The translations under genes were made by a program, and so were the position numbers. A stretch of DNA of 58,001 bases, the filler included, from Blastocystis sp. subtype 4 (Eukaryota): NCBI RefSeq assembly GCF_000743755.1. It is 3 parts of 3 records of this genome, joined end to end, with 100 filler letters (N's around TTAATTAATTAA, not from the genome) between each part and the next. Parts side by side here need not be neighbours in the genome. Positions count along the whole stretch, not along the records: positions 19,547 to 38,734 come from NW_014569335.1; positions 38,835 to 58,001 come from NW_014569334.1; 1 more part is not named here. The stretch is one strand, 5' to 3'. Positions 35,890 to 49,250 of the stretch are shown here, piece after piece. Within the stretch, counting starts at the first letter, position 1. Every line of letters starts with the position of its first letter. The notes below the pieces were generated by a model. The model made no database searches and was not told the origin of the DNA. It saw only the letters and a list, made by a program, of their open reading frames with translations.

Positions 35890-37934
35890 ATGAGAAAGGA
35901 GAATACTACTGATAATCCTCATTTATCCGTCCTTGGTGATTATGCGATAGAGAGTGTTGAAATAAAGAGTGGCAGTGAATTGTCTGGAGAAGCAAGAATC
36001 GGTATTATGATTGAGAATGAAAGGTTTGTGATGCTTGTTCCTTTGAAAGAAGGAAAGAAAGAAGGAGCTGGTATGATTTTGAGAAAGAATGGAACACTAT
36101 TTATGAAACTAATGTTTGTGAAGGATGTTTGTGAAGGAGAAGTGATAAAGAAGAATAAGTATGGCAGGACGGTGTTAAGAGGAAGAATGCAGAAAGGAAA
36201 AAAGTCGGAATGTGGATAGAATATGATGATTCAGGAAATGAGAAATGGAGAGGATTGTATCGAAAAGGAAAGCGATTACTGACACTGAAAGAGAAAAAGG
36301 GAATGAAAGGATTCTATTCAGAGATGAGTGAGAATGGAGAATTGTTGAGTGTGAGTGAATATGATGATAAGTGGAGAAAGAATGGAAGATGTTTTGAAGT
36401 GGAATCAGGACACTTGAAGAGAGAATGTGTGTATGAGAATGGAATGAAGAAGAGAGTAATTCGAGAATTCACTAATAATGGATTGATGATATTGTTTGAT
36501 GATAATGGAAAGAAGGTATATGAAGGAGTATGGTTTGGAGATATGGTGAATGGGTTTGGGATTCATCCTGAAATGGAAGAGATGAAAGGATTCTTCAAAG
36601 AGATGAATGGAGATTTGTTGAGTGTGAGTGAATATGATGATGAATGGATGAAGAATGGTAAGTGTTTTGAGTATGAAGAAGGAAGAATGGTTAGAGAATG
36701 TGAATACAAGAATGGAGTAATGATGAGAGTATTGAGAGAATGGAAAGGAGAATGTATGATTGAATATGATGTGAATGGAATAAGAGTATATGAAGGAGAA
36801 TTTGAAGGAGATATGATGAAAGGATTTGTTCGAGAAGGAGAAGGATGTGAGTTTGGTATTGATGGAGAGAGTGCATTGTATTATGGTGGATGGAAGAATG
36901 GATTGAGAGATGGATATGGAAGTGAATTCAAAGGATTGAATCCTGTGTATATTGGAGAATGGAAGAATGGAATGAAACATGGAAGCGGGGAAGAGTTGAA
37001 TGAGAATGAAGAAGTGGTGAGGAGAGGAAAATGGATCGAAGGTGAATATGATGGAATCAAACGATTCAAAAGTGATTATGGAAGTGATTTGGATATATTT
37101 GATAGTGATTGTTTGAAAGGAATCGAGAAATTGGAGATTGAAAATGATTGTTTTTTGAGAGTGAATGAATTTGTGCTTGATGGATTGAATGAATTAAAGA
37201 GTGTAATCATTGGACAGAACTGCTTCAAACTTAATGATAAGAATAGAAGAAGCAAATGTGTGATAATGAATTGTAATCAATTGTGCCAAGTCCAAATTGG
37301 TTGTAGCTCATTCTGGTCGTATCAATCATTTGAATTGAAGAATCTTCCTTCTCTCGTATCCATTCAATTGGATGGCTTTTCTTTTTATGATTGTCATTCA
37401 ATAGTATTAGAGAGTATGAGTGATTGAATGAATGATGAATGAGATCTAACTCAACTTCAATTCATCACTCTTGGATGGGCGGCATTGGATGGTGACAGCA
37501 TTACTAAAGAATCCAATGAATTGATAATGAAGAGTATGAATGATTATAGTATTGATTGATCAGATCTTCATTCACTATCACTAATCAAAGGGTTTAGCAA
37601 TTTCAAGTATGTAGGCAAAGTGATATTGGATAGTAATGATTGATGATTGGATTTGAATTAGACCTTCCATCACTCACTCAAGATGAAATACAGATGAATA
37701 ATTCATTCAATAGGGTTAGAGAAGTGACTAGTTCAAGTATGATTGATGAACTGATAATAATTGAGATGCTGATTCTCTTGATCAATTCATTCGTAAGAAC
37801 TACAATGGACTTAACAGCCACTTTGCAGGTGTGAATAGAGTGGGTTTGAAAGAAAGGAAGCAAACTCGTCATTTCATCAATACGAAAACGAAAGTACTGT
37901 TGACCAAAGTAGAATCGACTACATGTCACTATTG
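35890..37934 (+). CDS. MORN-like repeat plus leucine-rich-repeat protein with a -1 frame break at about 36198-36204 (3' end approximate)
   Basis: YYGGWKNGLRDGYG and YIGEWKNGMKHGSG repeats, then LRR-like units (LKNLPSLVSIQLDGFSF) each separated by about 30-nt introns. Confidence 0.65.
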
Positions 37935-38306
37935 ATAAATGGAATGGTTGGAATGAATAAGAAATATTTGTTGAAGTATTTTGATCTGAAGCCATAGATT
38001 ATCAGGACAGTGATAATAATGTGTATCCCACCCTTCTTTCTTACATAATATTGTTGACAAATATAATTTACTTATAAAATGTACTACACACATATGAAAT
38101 GGTACGTATACTGAATAATTAGCGAGATTATACAACAATTTGGCACTAGTTCCAGATTTGGTGATATTGGAATTCAAGTATTGTGAGTCAAACTAGCCAT
38201 TTGGAGTATGAGCTGGGTGCTGGTTTTGTTCAATGAGCTGAATTCCCACTCAAAGTGATTTGATAATACCATAAACAAGTATCACAGACTTTCGGTTGGC
38301 TCTTAA

Positions 38307-38734
38307 TCACATGTTAAACGGTTGCATAACCATCTCAAACCGTCTCATTGGATTGTAACCAAAACAGATGTTGATGTAGATGTCTGAAGCGATTGATACT
38401 ACTTCACCATGACCATCACATATATCAAACTGAACCGAACGCAAATCACTCATACGAACTTCTGGCATGTTCAAATGACTAAACGAACACACATTGTTCA
38501 ATCCCATTGTTGAATAGATCATACAATCCACTAATGGACTTGTTTCAAATGATATCATCTGTTTTACCAGATTACTGTAGATTCGAATACAATTCAATCC
38601 ATTTGATACATCCATTGGTTCTCTTCCTTTCACATCACTTGCCTGAATCTCATCAAATCCCAATATTCGACTCAAATCAGGTGCTTGTTGAAATACTAGA
38701 TCATAAGCAGGACCAGAAGGATGTGGATATCCAT
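38307..38734 (-). mobile_element. Putative Polinton-like/MELD virus minor capsid (penton) gene fragment, 5'-truncated by the gap
   Basis: Intronless frame reading LVFQQAPDLSRILGF...PMDVSNGLNCIRIYSNLVK...LRSVQFDICDGHGEVVSI. The motif order resembles Polinton penton C-terminal halves. Recognised by eye only. Confidence 0.5.
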
Positions 38735-38834
38735 NNNNNNNNNNNNNNNNNNNNNNNNNNNNNNNNNNNNNNNNNNNNTTAATTAATTAANNNNNNNNNN
38801 NNNNNNNNNNNNNNNNNNNNNNNNNNNNNNNNNN
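38735..38834. other. Assembly gap: 100-bp N-pad with TTAATTAATTAA linker
   Basis: Same structure as the gap at 19447-19546. Confidence 0.95.
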
Positions 38835-39563
38835 TTAATCCTTCCTTAAAAACCAACATTGCGAATCACCTCAAAAACCTTCTGTTGGACTTCTTCTTCC
38901 GTAATAGTTTCTAAGTTATCTGAGAAATGATATGTATGATAGAAGATATGATTCTCAGGACTATGTTCTTGAGGAGTCACATCCTCTTCAGGTTTCATTG
39001 TACTATCAAATATGAATATGATCTCACGTTCTTCGTCTAGAAAACTCTGCAAATGAAACAAAACCACAGCAACTACAGCACCAACTCGGAAGCGGAATTT
39101 GTTGTTCGTTTCATCTACCATAATATCTAATCATAAGCTTATTATCAAGCCTCACTAGTTTCACTCACCATGTTGGAAGGCTTTGAGTAACAGTACTTCT
39201 CGATCATATATCGGACTCCATCTTTCGTAGTTACATAGTTCAGTTCTCCAGAAATGACAACGATATCATGGGAATTCAAAAGAGTATTGGCTTTATCAAA
39301 ATTACCTATCTCGTTATGTATGTACTTCAGACCGAACCTTCAAGCACAGCTTCACAACACTCCTTCAGAACTTTCCAGATTTCAGGATCTCCTTCGTGAT
39401 CTTTCTCCCAAAATGACTATTTCAAAAAGATAACTTCGTACTGTACCTTGCGGAGATTCTGTAGTTCCTCAGTTGTTAACGCTTTCTTCTTCCCATTCTC
39501 AACATATTCCCACTTCTGGATCCCTCCAAGTTGAATATCAGTTCGACTTGCCGAACAACCCAT
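38835..39563 (-). CDS. UBTD1/2 (DC-UbP)-like ubiquitin-binding protein with an N-terminal acylation motif (spliced; 3' end at the gap)
   Basis: MGCSAS start, then TEELQNLRK|SFWEKDHEGDPEIWKVLKECC...RYMIEKYCYSKPSNM, which matches the UBTD UBD. Confidence 0.65.
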
Positions 39564-39654
39564 TATTCCCAAAGATCCTGATGATAATGATTGTTGGGAT
39601 CCCACGAATTGAACAGGATGAAGAAAACCACGATTCCACAAATAGTCTGTGATA

Positions 39655-40821
<1,167 letters not shown>

Positions 40822-40850
40822 ATCCTTTTATAAGTCATTGTTTGTTTAAT

Positions 40851-43800
40851 TATGAGATCCAGAAATTGAGGAAACATAGAGAGTGTTGGCACGGCAATCT
40901 TTTCTCTGCAGTTGTCACCAGAAACCTATCTTGATGAAGAGAGGTGAGTCTATAAGTGGTATTTGATTTGTAGGTGAAACTAGAGTGGATGTGTTGGCTC
41001 ATGCCAATCTCCGTTATCTGGATGAAAAATTAGATGCACTGCAGGAAAAGCATGCATTATCATCAGTAGTATTGTTTTATATTGAGTTTATAATTGTAAG
41101 AATGGAGTGGTGATAGAAGGATCCTCAGTAAGTGTGGATTACAATGAGTGGAGTGATCGAGTAATCGATACAACAAATGAATTGTCCGTATGGTTTGTGT
41201 TTTGGATGTTCTCTAGTCGTTATACTCCCTTACAGAGCAATGGTTGCACTCCTACAGACGAATTCGTTTGTGTTTACAAAAGCTTTTTGCTGACAATGAG
41301 TGTTCATGTACAAATGATCAGCAGCAAAGCCAATATATTGAGGATGTGATGGGACTATTTCTGGTATTTGAGTTATGTGAGAATAATTGCTAGGAAAGAG
41401 TTGATTCTATCGTATCAACTCTCAAAGAACGATATAGCCATACACTATCTTCTGCAAGTGATTTAATAGAAGAAAGAGAGCAGTTATTGCGTCAATTGAT
41501 GAAGTATCAACTAGAAGCAAAATCGAACTCATCTTCTCTTCCGTATCTTACACCAATTTGTACTTATATATAGCACTCTTTCTGGGATCCGATCCAAGCT
41601 TACAAATATTGAGACTCGTTTATCGGTGATTCTGCAGCAGGCTCGATCTGAAACACACTCATTTGCCTTTGAGATTGCTGATAAATTGAATTCGTCTTTG
41701 CGCATCCTCTTCCATAATGAATCACGTAGTTACTGTCTCGTGCTTATATTCCAGATTCTGTTCTGGCTTCATCTGTATCAAATGAAGAACATCCTAATTT
41801 GGATTCTCTTTTGTCTTCAGCTTTTGAAACAAACAATTCCATTGAGAATACTTCGCCTGAGATTGCTTCTCATGATTTATGTCCAGACTCTACTACTCAT
41901 CAATCATCACTCGAAATATCGTATCGTGAGGATACTGAATTGGATTCAGTATTAACAGGTGATTCGCTCACAACAACTCCTCTTAGTGTGTTAGTTCCTG
42001 GTGATCAGCTGTCTCAGTCTCGTGATTCGTGTCTCAATGAAAAAATGAGTACTCGAGAGTCAATCACATCATCGGCTGTGTATGATAAGTTTGTTCATGT
42101 TTGGAAAGTGTTTCTAAGTCAAGAGCCTTACGAGCTATTAACAAATGTTTCTTACGACGTTTCTATGGTGTCGGCTACATCATTATTCTCTCTTATGATC
42201 ACTTCTCGAGGGTCTGTCGTTGCACAACTGGAGAAGGAAGATATGTGTCCGATTGAATCTGGACTCACAGCTGTACCCCTGTCGCAGCGTCATGGGAGTT
42301 GTTTGATCCCAGGAATCCAATTAGAACGAGCTCTTCGAGGCAAGCGGTTCACAAGTGTTGCTAGTGGGAACTGTTTCAGTGTGGCATTGAGTTCAGCTGG
42401 AGAACTGTATACTTGGGGCAGTGGTGAAGAGGGTGAATTGGGATTGAGTGATGTTCATGAAACAGCAGATCCATTGTTATGTGTAAAGCTGCTGAGTGTG
42501 GGTATTGTGAAAGTGGCTTGTGGAGGTCACCATGCGTTGGCATTGGATACTTATGGTCGTGTGTATAGTTGGGGTTTGAATAACCATGGACAGCTAGGAC
42601 ATGGCGATACGGTCAATCGATTCGAACCAGTGATGATTCGTGGTTTGTCTCGTGTTTGTATTTGTGCTGTTTGTGCTGGAGAAGACTTCTCGCTCTGTGT
42701 TGACAACAAAGGACGAGCTTATGGTTTTGGTCGAAACGAAGTGGTAAGATAGATAGAGTGGACTGAGAATCAGGGTCAGTGTGGCTTTCTGCCGGCTTCA
42801 GATTGCCTTGTTCCTACAACTGTTCGTCAGTTCCCAAGTGAAGTCTGTTCACTTTCCTGTGGTATTGCTCATACAATCGCTCTGTGTAAGAATGGTGAAG
42901 TGGTGACTTGGGGATGTGGTGCCTATGGTGAAATGGGAGTTGATTATGCACTCTCGTATGCTACGTCTCCTCAACAAGTTCCGTTATCTCGTCTTCTACA
43001 TCCAGACGAATGGGTATCCATTGTTCGTGCTGGAGGGCATCGTTGTGCTGTGGTAACTACAGAAGGACGAGTCTTTACATGGGGAGCTAACGAACAACCA
43101 GTTCCTTGTGAGTATGTGTCTCAATCGATCCTAGGTCCAATCACTGATGTGGTCCTTACTCCCACAACTACCTACTTCATCCAAGATACTGTTAACCCAA
43201 CATTGGATACTCCTTCTCTTCCTTCACCTCCTGAACACACTCCTTCTGAATCACGACGGAATTGGCGTTTCTCACGTCGGAATCTGAATGATGAAGAGGT
43301 GCGACGAGAACGCTCACAAGAGAAAACACGTTCTTTGTCAATGGAGTGGTAGGCGTATTTCTCTCTATGGATTCTAGGGCCTTATCACAGCGTCAGTTAG
43401 AACGTGCTTGGATAGAGGAACTTGATAATCAAGGAACTACTATACGTGCCTCACATACTCTGGATACATTGATAGAGAAGGGAATTCCTCCACGGTTAAG
43501 AGCACGAATATGGCCCTTACTACTGGGAAATGTTCTGAAGATCACACCTGAGACATTCAATTTGTGTGATTGATGCTGGTTCTTCACTTGTAGGTATTTG
43601 GAGCGAGCACGTGGAGGAATTCGGATTACAGACGAGACACCCCAGTTAGGGAAGGAAGCTACAGTGAGATTGATCGATGAGGATTTAAATCGAACATTTG
43701 TGCATTTGGGTTATTTCAGTCCTGGAGAACCAATGTATTACAAGATAAAGGATATTCTACTGGCATATGCCTATTATCGGCCTGATTTGGGATATGTTCA

Positions 43801-44536
43801 GGGAATGTCATTTTTGGCAGGAATGTTGGCATTGCATATTCCTGATACATATTTGTGTTTTCAGTGTTTAGCAAATCTTCTTGGAAGTGAACATTTGTAT
43901 GCCTTTTATTCGTTGAAGGTAGGATTTAGGGAATTGGTACAAATCAGACAAGTTTTGTAAAACAGTATTATGAGGTGTTTGACAGTCTGTTTCAAGCAAG
44001 CAATCCTCAACTGTTTAGTTATTTACATGTATATGATTATCATACTTTCTCATCATAGACCAATGATATTGAGACAGATCTGTTCCTATTTAAGTGGCTA
44101 CAGTCGCTCTTTTCTCAGTGTTTCTCCATTGATATTTTGGCTCGCTTATGGGACAATTTCTTGTATGATGGCACTCATTTCTTGTTTCGAACTGCTCTAG
44201 CCATTTTGAAACTACTTCAGCCATCGATTATGAAGATGCCTGTAGAAGAATGTATGGCGTTACTGACCTGTTCTGTTCGATTGAGTAATGTGTGGAAGGA
44301 AAACATTTCAATGGAATCACTCTTTGCAATGATCGCAAAGATCCGTTTTACTGAAAAGCAACAACAGATGATTGTTGATTTAGTGGGAAATGTCTTCTTT
44401 TATGAGGATGGTGAATCAATTTCGAGTTTGTTTTTATTGGTTTGTATTCCCTATAGAATCAAAACAGCGCGCAAAGAATAGATCTGTTGTATTATCTCAA
44501 GATGAAGTTCGTCAAGCATTGTCTACAGTATTCTGA
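40851..44536 (+). CDS. RCC1-repeat plus TBC (Rab-GAP) domain protein (many exons; start uncertain)
   Basis: RCC1: VACGGHHALALDTYGRVYSWGLNNHGQLGHGD. TBC: GIPPRLRARIW, IDEDLNRTF, YRPDLGYVQGMSF, RLWDNFLYDG. Confidence 0.8.
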
Positions 44537-44597
44537 GTTAGTTGCATTTGTTTATTGATCCTGACAAACAAAAGAAATAATGTATAAATACGTTTCT

Positions 44598-45574
44598 CTA
44601 AAATCTGGAGGCATCCCACTTTTCCTCAGCGTAATCAGTATGATATCGATTGATCCAGTGAGGATTCCAGGGCTGCTCATATGCCCAAATGGAACGAGCC
44701 TTCTTTGGTCCCAGCTACAACTCAGCACATTAGCATAACCTTACAGCTCTCATCTTTGCAAGTACTGCAGGAGGTTGAATCTTGTCTGCATATTGCTTGA
44801 ACAGTGGAGGGAATTGAGGAGGAAGCTCCTCAACGACATATTTATATCCCTGAGTCTGGCAGAAGCGGATAGCATCTTCCTTGCGATCGAACTTCAGCTG
44901 CATCATATCAAAGGGATCACTAAAGCCCAGATCACCAGTGAGTTGGTTTCTCCATTCCCTGTGAGCAGCTAGAGTTTAGAAAAGCAAAAAATAAGTACGA
45001 TCCGTCGTCCAGCGGACATACCAACCAAGAGTCTTCTTCTTTCCCTCCTGGATGGCATCATCAACCTGGAAGATCTTAACCTACGTGCTAATGCCATTTA
45101 AGAACTCCACCAACCACACGATGCTTCTCGTAGGAAGGAACGGGACTCAATCTCTTGATATCAGGATTGACTCTCTCTTCCTTCACAGGAGTAGGAGGAA
45201 CAGCGAAACGAGACTGAATAGGTTGGGCTAAAACTAAGATACTCGAGATACAACACACCTGTCTGGGCATTGTGTTCAATGACTTGTGGATAGTCCATAG
45301 GTGACTCAGTGAGCTTAGGAGGACCAGGTCTTGGTGGAGGAGGAGCAGGCTTTCCCGCAGCAGGCGCAGCAGGCTTTACAGCAGCTGCAGGCTTTCCGGC
45401 AGCAGGAGCAGCACCAGCAGCAGGTGCAGCAGGAGCAGCGGGCTTAGCAGGAGCAGCGGGCTTCGAATCAGCAGGAGCAGCCGAAGTAGCAGGGGCAGCG
45501 GCGGCTGTACCTGCCAATCGAACTGCTGTGAAACACTTTGCTGGGAGTGACTTTAAACAAACCCTAGACAGCAT
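44598..45574 (-). CDS. NDUFS4: Complex I accessory subunit NDUFS4-like with a presequence and Ala/Pro-rich insert
   Basis: MLSRVCLKSL presequence. WRNQLTG...DPFDMMQLKFDRKEDAIRFCQTQGYKYVVEE resembles NDUFS4. Confidence 0.7.
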
Positions 45575-45700
45575 AATCAGACAACAATGATCTTAAGATG
45601 GAAACAAGGATTGTAACTCCTTCCCAAAAGGCTAGTATTTTGGATTACAGAAAAGAGGAACAATTTTGATCAACTTGTATTTGCTTCTATCTCGATAGCA

Positions 45701-48700
45701 ATGAAGTTATTACCAATTCCGTTTGAAGTAATATTATCAGGTAGAATTGTTCTACAGATGGCGTGAGAGATAGTTGAATCGTTTCAACCGTTCTTCCTAG
45801 GCTATTTAACGGAGAAACAGGATCAAAGTCTGTCTGATTATACCTGAGTTTTTAATGTGTAGTTTCTCATTCTACTGGAAAGTGGAGCATTTGAGGGAGC
45901 TGACTTCTTCTGAAGATATATTGAAGCTGTGCAATCAGATTTATACTTCTTACTTTGAAGTTGGACTAGATAGAGTGATTTTGATAGTCAGGATGCTGTT
46001 AGTAAAATTGATTTTACTAAGATATGTCCTATCCATTTGGATAAGCATATTGCTTGGATTCGCCAGATTCTACAGAATGAGATTGTAAATATGAATTTGT
46101 TTAGCTATTTACAAGTGATTTTTGTGATTACATGTGATTTTGTAGAATTGTGTATATTATTATATGAAGATAAACTATTATGATGATTTTATAAAAAGTA
46201 ATTACTATCATGAGTTAGTTGCCTTTCTGGATTATTCTTCTGTGACGCTTACAACATTTGAAGAACATTCTGAAGCCGTTTGGTACATGTGTTGATGAAT
46301 GGTTATTGTAGTGTCCTGCATCGGTATAACTATGATCATGAATCTATGTATGAATATTCAGAAGCAATTCCAATGCTTGAATTGTTTGTGAGTGTTGATG
46401 GTGTTGATTCACCCTCAGAGAATACTGAACGAGGATATGAATGCTTACAATTGCTATTACCTTTTATCTTCGTTTGCCAATTATTACATCAAGAATAGTT
46501 GTTTCTGTCATTCTCATTCATATTCAGAGTCTCTTCCTTCGATCCTTCATTCTCAAGTCATAATCCCATTAAAAAATTTACTGGATCGCTTCCCCTATGA
46601 TGTTCGTCTGCCTCCTCTTTCCTCCAACAATGAACTCCAAAGTCTTCATCTTCCTTCCCTTGTTCCTCAGTATCCTCCAAATTATAGTGAAGAGGCTCTT
46701 CAAGACTGGAAGACGTGTGTTGTTGTCTTTGTTCAACGTACTCTCAAGTCATTTCGCTGTAGTATCGATGTATGAGAATGATGGAAGTCACAAATAGAAC
46801 TTCATTCAGATTGTGAATCAGAGTTATCTAAAAGTGGCTGTGAATTGTCTGTTGGAGATTAAGCGAGATCAGAAGTGTAGGTATGATTATCAAAGGTTAA
46901 CTATACAGATCTCTCATCACTTTATTTCCGTGAAACATTAATTAGTCATCCCAACTCATTCCATTACAACAAGGGTAAGCAACAGTATTATTTATGTTCC
47001 TTACCCCTCCATCATTCATCCAGTCAACTCACTGTCTCTCCAGCAGTATCTGTAGAGGTTCCTACATCTCTGGTATCGAATCTGCAGTTATCTGGGAAGG
47101 TTCGTACACAGTCTTCTGATAACCCAGTGGAGAATGGGGCTATTGACAATACTCGCTTGTTCCAGAATAACCTTCTGGTGACTCACCTTATCGATGGTCA
47201 GGAGATCCCATGTGGCACGAGTAAATGCTTCTCCATGTGTTGATTGTAGTTTCCAAGCGTTTTTCTGGTACCCTTTTCTTTATCCTCAAAACTTTCCATC
47301 TCCCAACTAGTCATGATAACTATCTATTTCAAAGTGAAGTGGGTTAATTTAAATTCTCTCATAATTTAGGGATCAACTTATTATTGTAAGGGATATCCCT
47401 TTCAATCACGTCTCTTCATCACTCCTTCTGATGTTGAGCACCTAAATCAGATTGATTCTGATATTCTTGAATACTTATGTGTTCCATTCGCTCCGAATAT
47501 CACTCTTCTTGCAGATTCTAATAACCGCGGGAATAATGATAGAAGCAAGATTCTGGATGAGACGAGTAATTGTGATTCCTGTCAGTTTAGTTATCCTCCA
47601 ACGAATGTTTTTGACATCAAGATTGTTCGGATTAGTCCAACTGTTGTATTTGTTGCATTCGTGATCAATGAGGAGGTTACATGGAACTTAGTAGGGATAA
47701 CCAATAGTGTTTATGCCATAGTCACAATCTGAAACCGATTTGGGAATATCTCCCAATACGCAGTCTCTTCTCTCTCAACTCCCAATAACCGTCCAGATTC
47801 TGGACCATTTGCTTGTGGTACGTCAACCCCTCATCTTCTTCTTGTTGTTACCTTTGGAGATTTCTCCTGAAAGTCTTCCTAACGTAACTCACTGTCTTCA
47901 GTCTCTTCTCTACAGCAATTCAACCATCTGGATGCTCCTACGTAAGCAATACCCTAGACGGTTACGATCATCGTCGTCTGGCGATAGTTCACAGGATCTT
48001 GAAGAGAGGACGAACCAGATTGCAAAACGGATTGAAGAGGAAATGATAAATGTGGTCAGATCCTGGTTGTCAGAGCAACAACCAGAGTTGTTAGAATTGG
48101 TGAATTTGATGAAGGAAGAGAAACCAAGTGATTCTGGAGAAGAAAGTGGATTCATTCAGGATGTACCAGTAATGTTACAAAATGGGGAGAAGTATGGTTT
48201 ATCAGAGAGTGTTCAAGTAAATATGCATTGTGTGACACAGGAAGAGAAATCAGACGTTCTTTCGGAAATGCTTATTCCAGTACCAACTTCTCAATTGCTG
48301 AGGAAACTACGATCTGATTTGCTTCTTCATATTTTTTACAGTATATTCATCAAGATGAATATACTTGTATACAGCAATAGTGTGTACAAATTAGCGGCGA
48401 TTTTTGACACGTTGACAAGAATGGCAAGAATCGCGGGAATTGAGTATTACGGTATTCCTTATTATACTGAGTCTCTCTTTCTACATAATGACATCCTGTT
48501 GCCCACGGCGGAATATTCTACCGATACAAATGCATCATTCTTCGCTTGTGTATACTGTAGTAATAACGCTGTAAAAAAGTGACATTGTTGTTCTAATCAT
48601 AACATATAGGTTCATTTCTCTACCACGAGTAACTGTTTGGGATGCTGACGATGATGTTCTATTCACTGCAGGTCGCAAACTGACGGATTCTGGTTACTAA

Positions 48701-49174
48701 TGAATCATAGAATGAGACATAGATCTTGTTGTATTCTCTCCATGGGGTTTGACTCTTCGTCCCAAGACTGTCTACTTCAATGTTACTGATTTTTCTTTTT
48801 CTGCTTCTATTGTAAGAAAATAAGTCATATTTCATTCTAGAAGGCAGAAGATGAAATGAAGGAATGGGAACAATCGTTTGTGAAAATGAAATATGAAATG
48901 ATTCAACAAATACAGAACTATTCATCTCTTCTGTTTTGTGACGATCAAGTGAGATTGGTTCATGTTCATAAGTTCTAGCTTTTCTTCTGTATTCATATCG
49001 ATATGATGAAGAATGTCATTCCCAAGAAGGATATTCATTATATGTCAATACTGATGGAAATGCCAGTAGGATGTCATATTAGCATGTTCACTATAGTCTT
49101 TTCCAAAGTTGATATTGGATTACCTTTATGAAAATGTACATTTTATGTGGGATAATGTTGATAACATGAAGTGA
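45701..49174 (+). CDS. Large multi-exon protein, possibly DENN-like
   Basis: Chain of exons with about 30-nt introns. IFYSIFIKMNILVYSNSVYKLAAIFDTL...YYGIPY is weakly cDENN-like. TGA is followed by TGTTTGTT at 49179-49186. Confidence 0.4.
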
Positions 49175-49250
49175 TTATTGTTTGTTGGTTCTTATTGAGG
49201 TAATCGAAATACAAGATACTCAAGTAAGAACTTATTCAAAGAAACAACGA

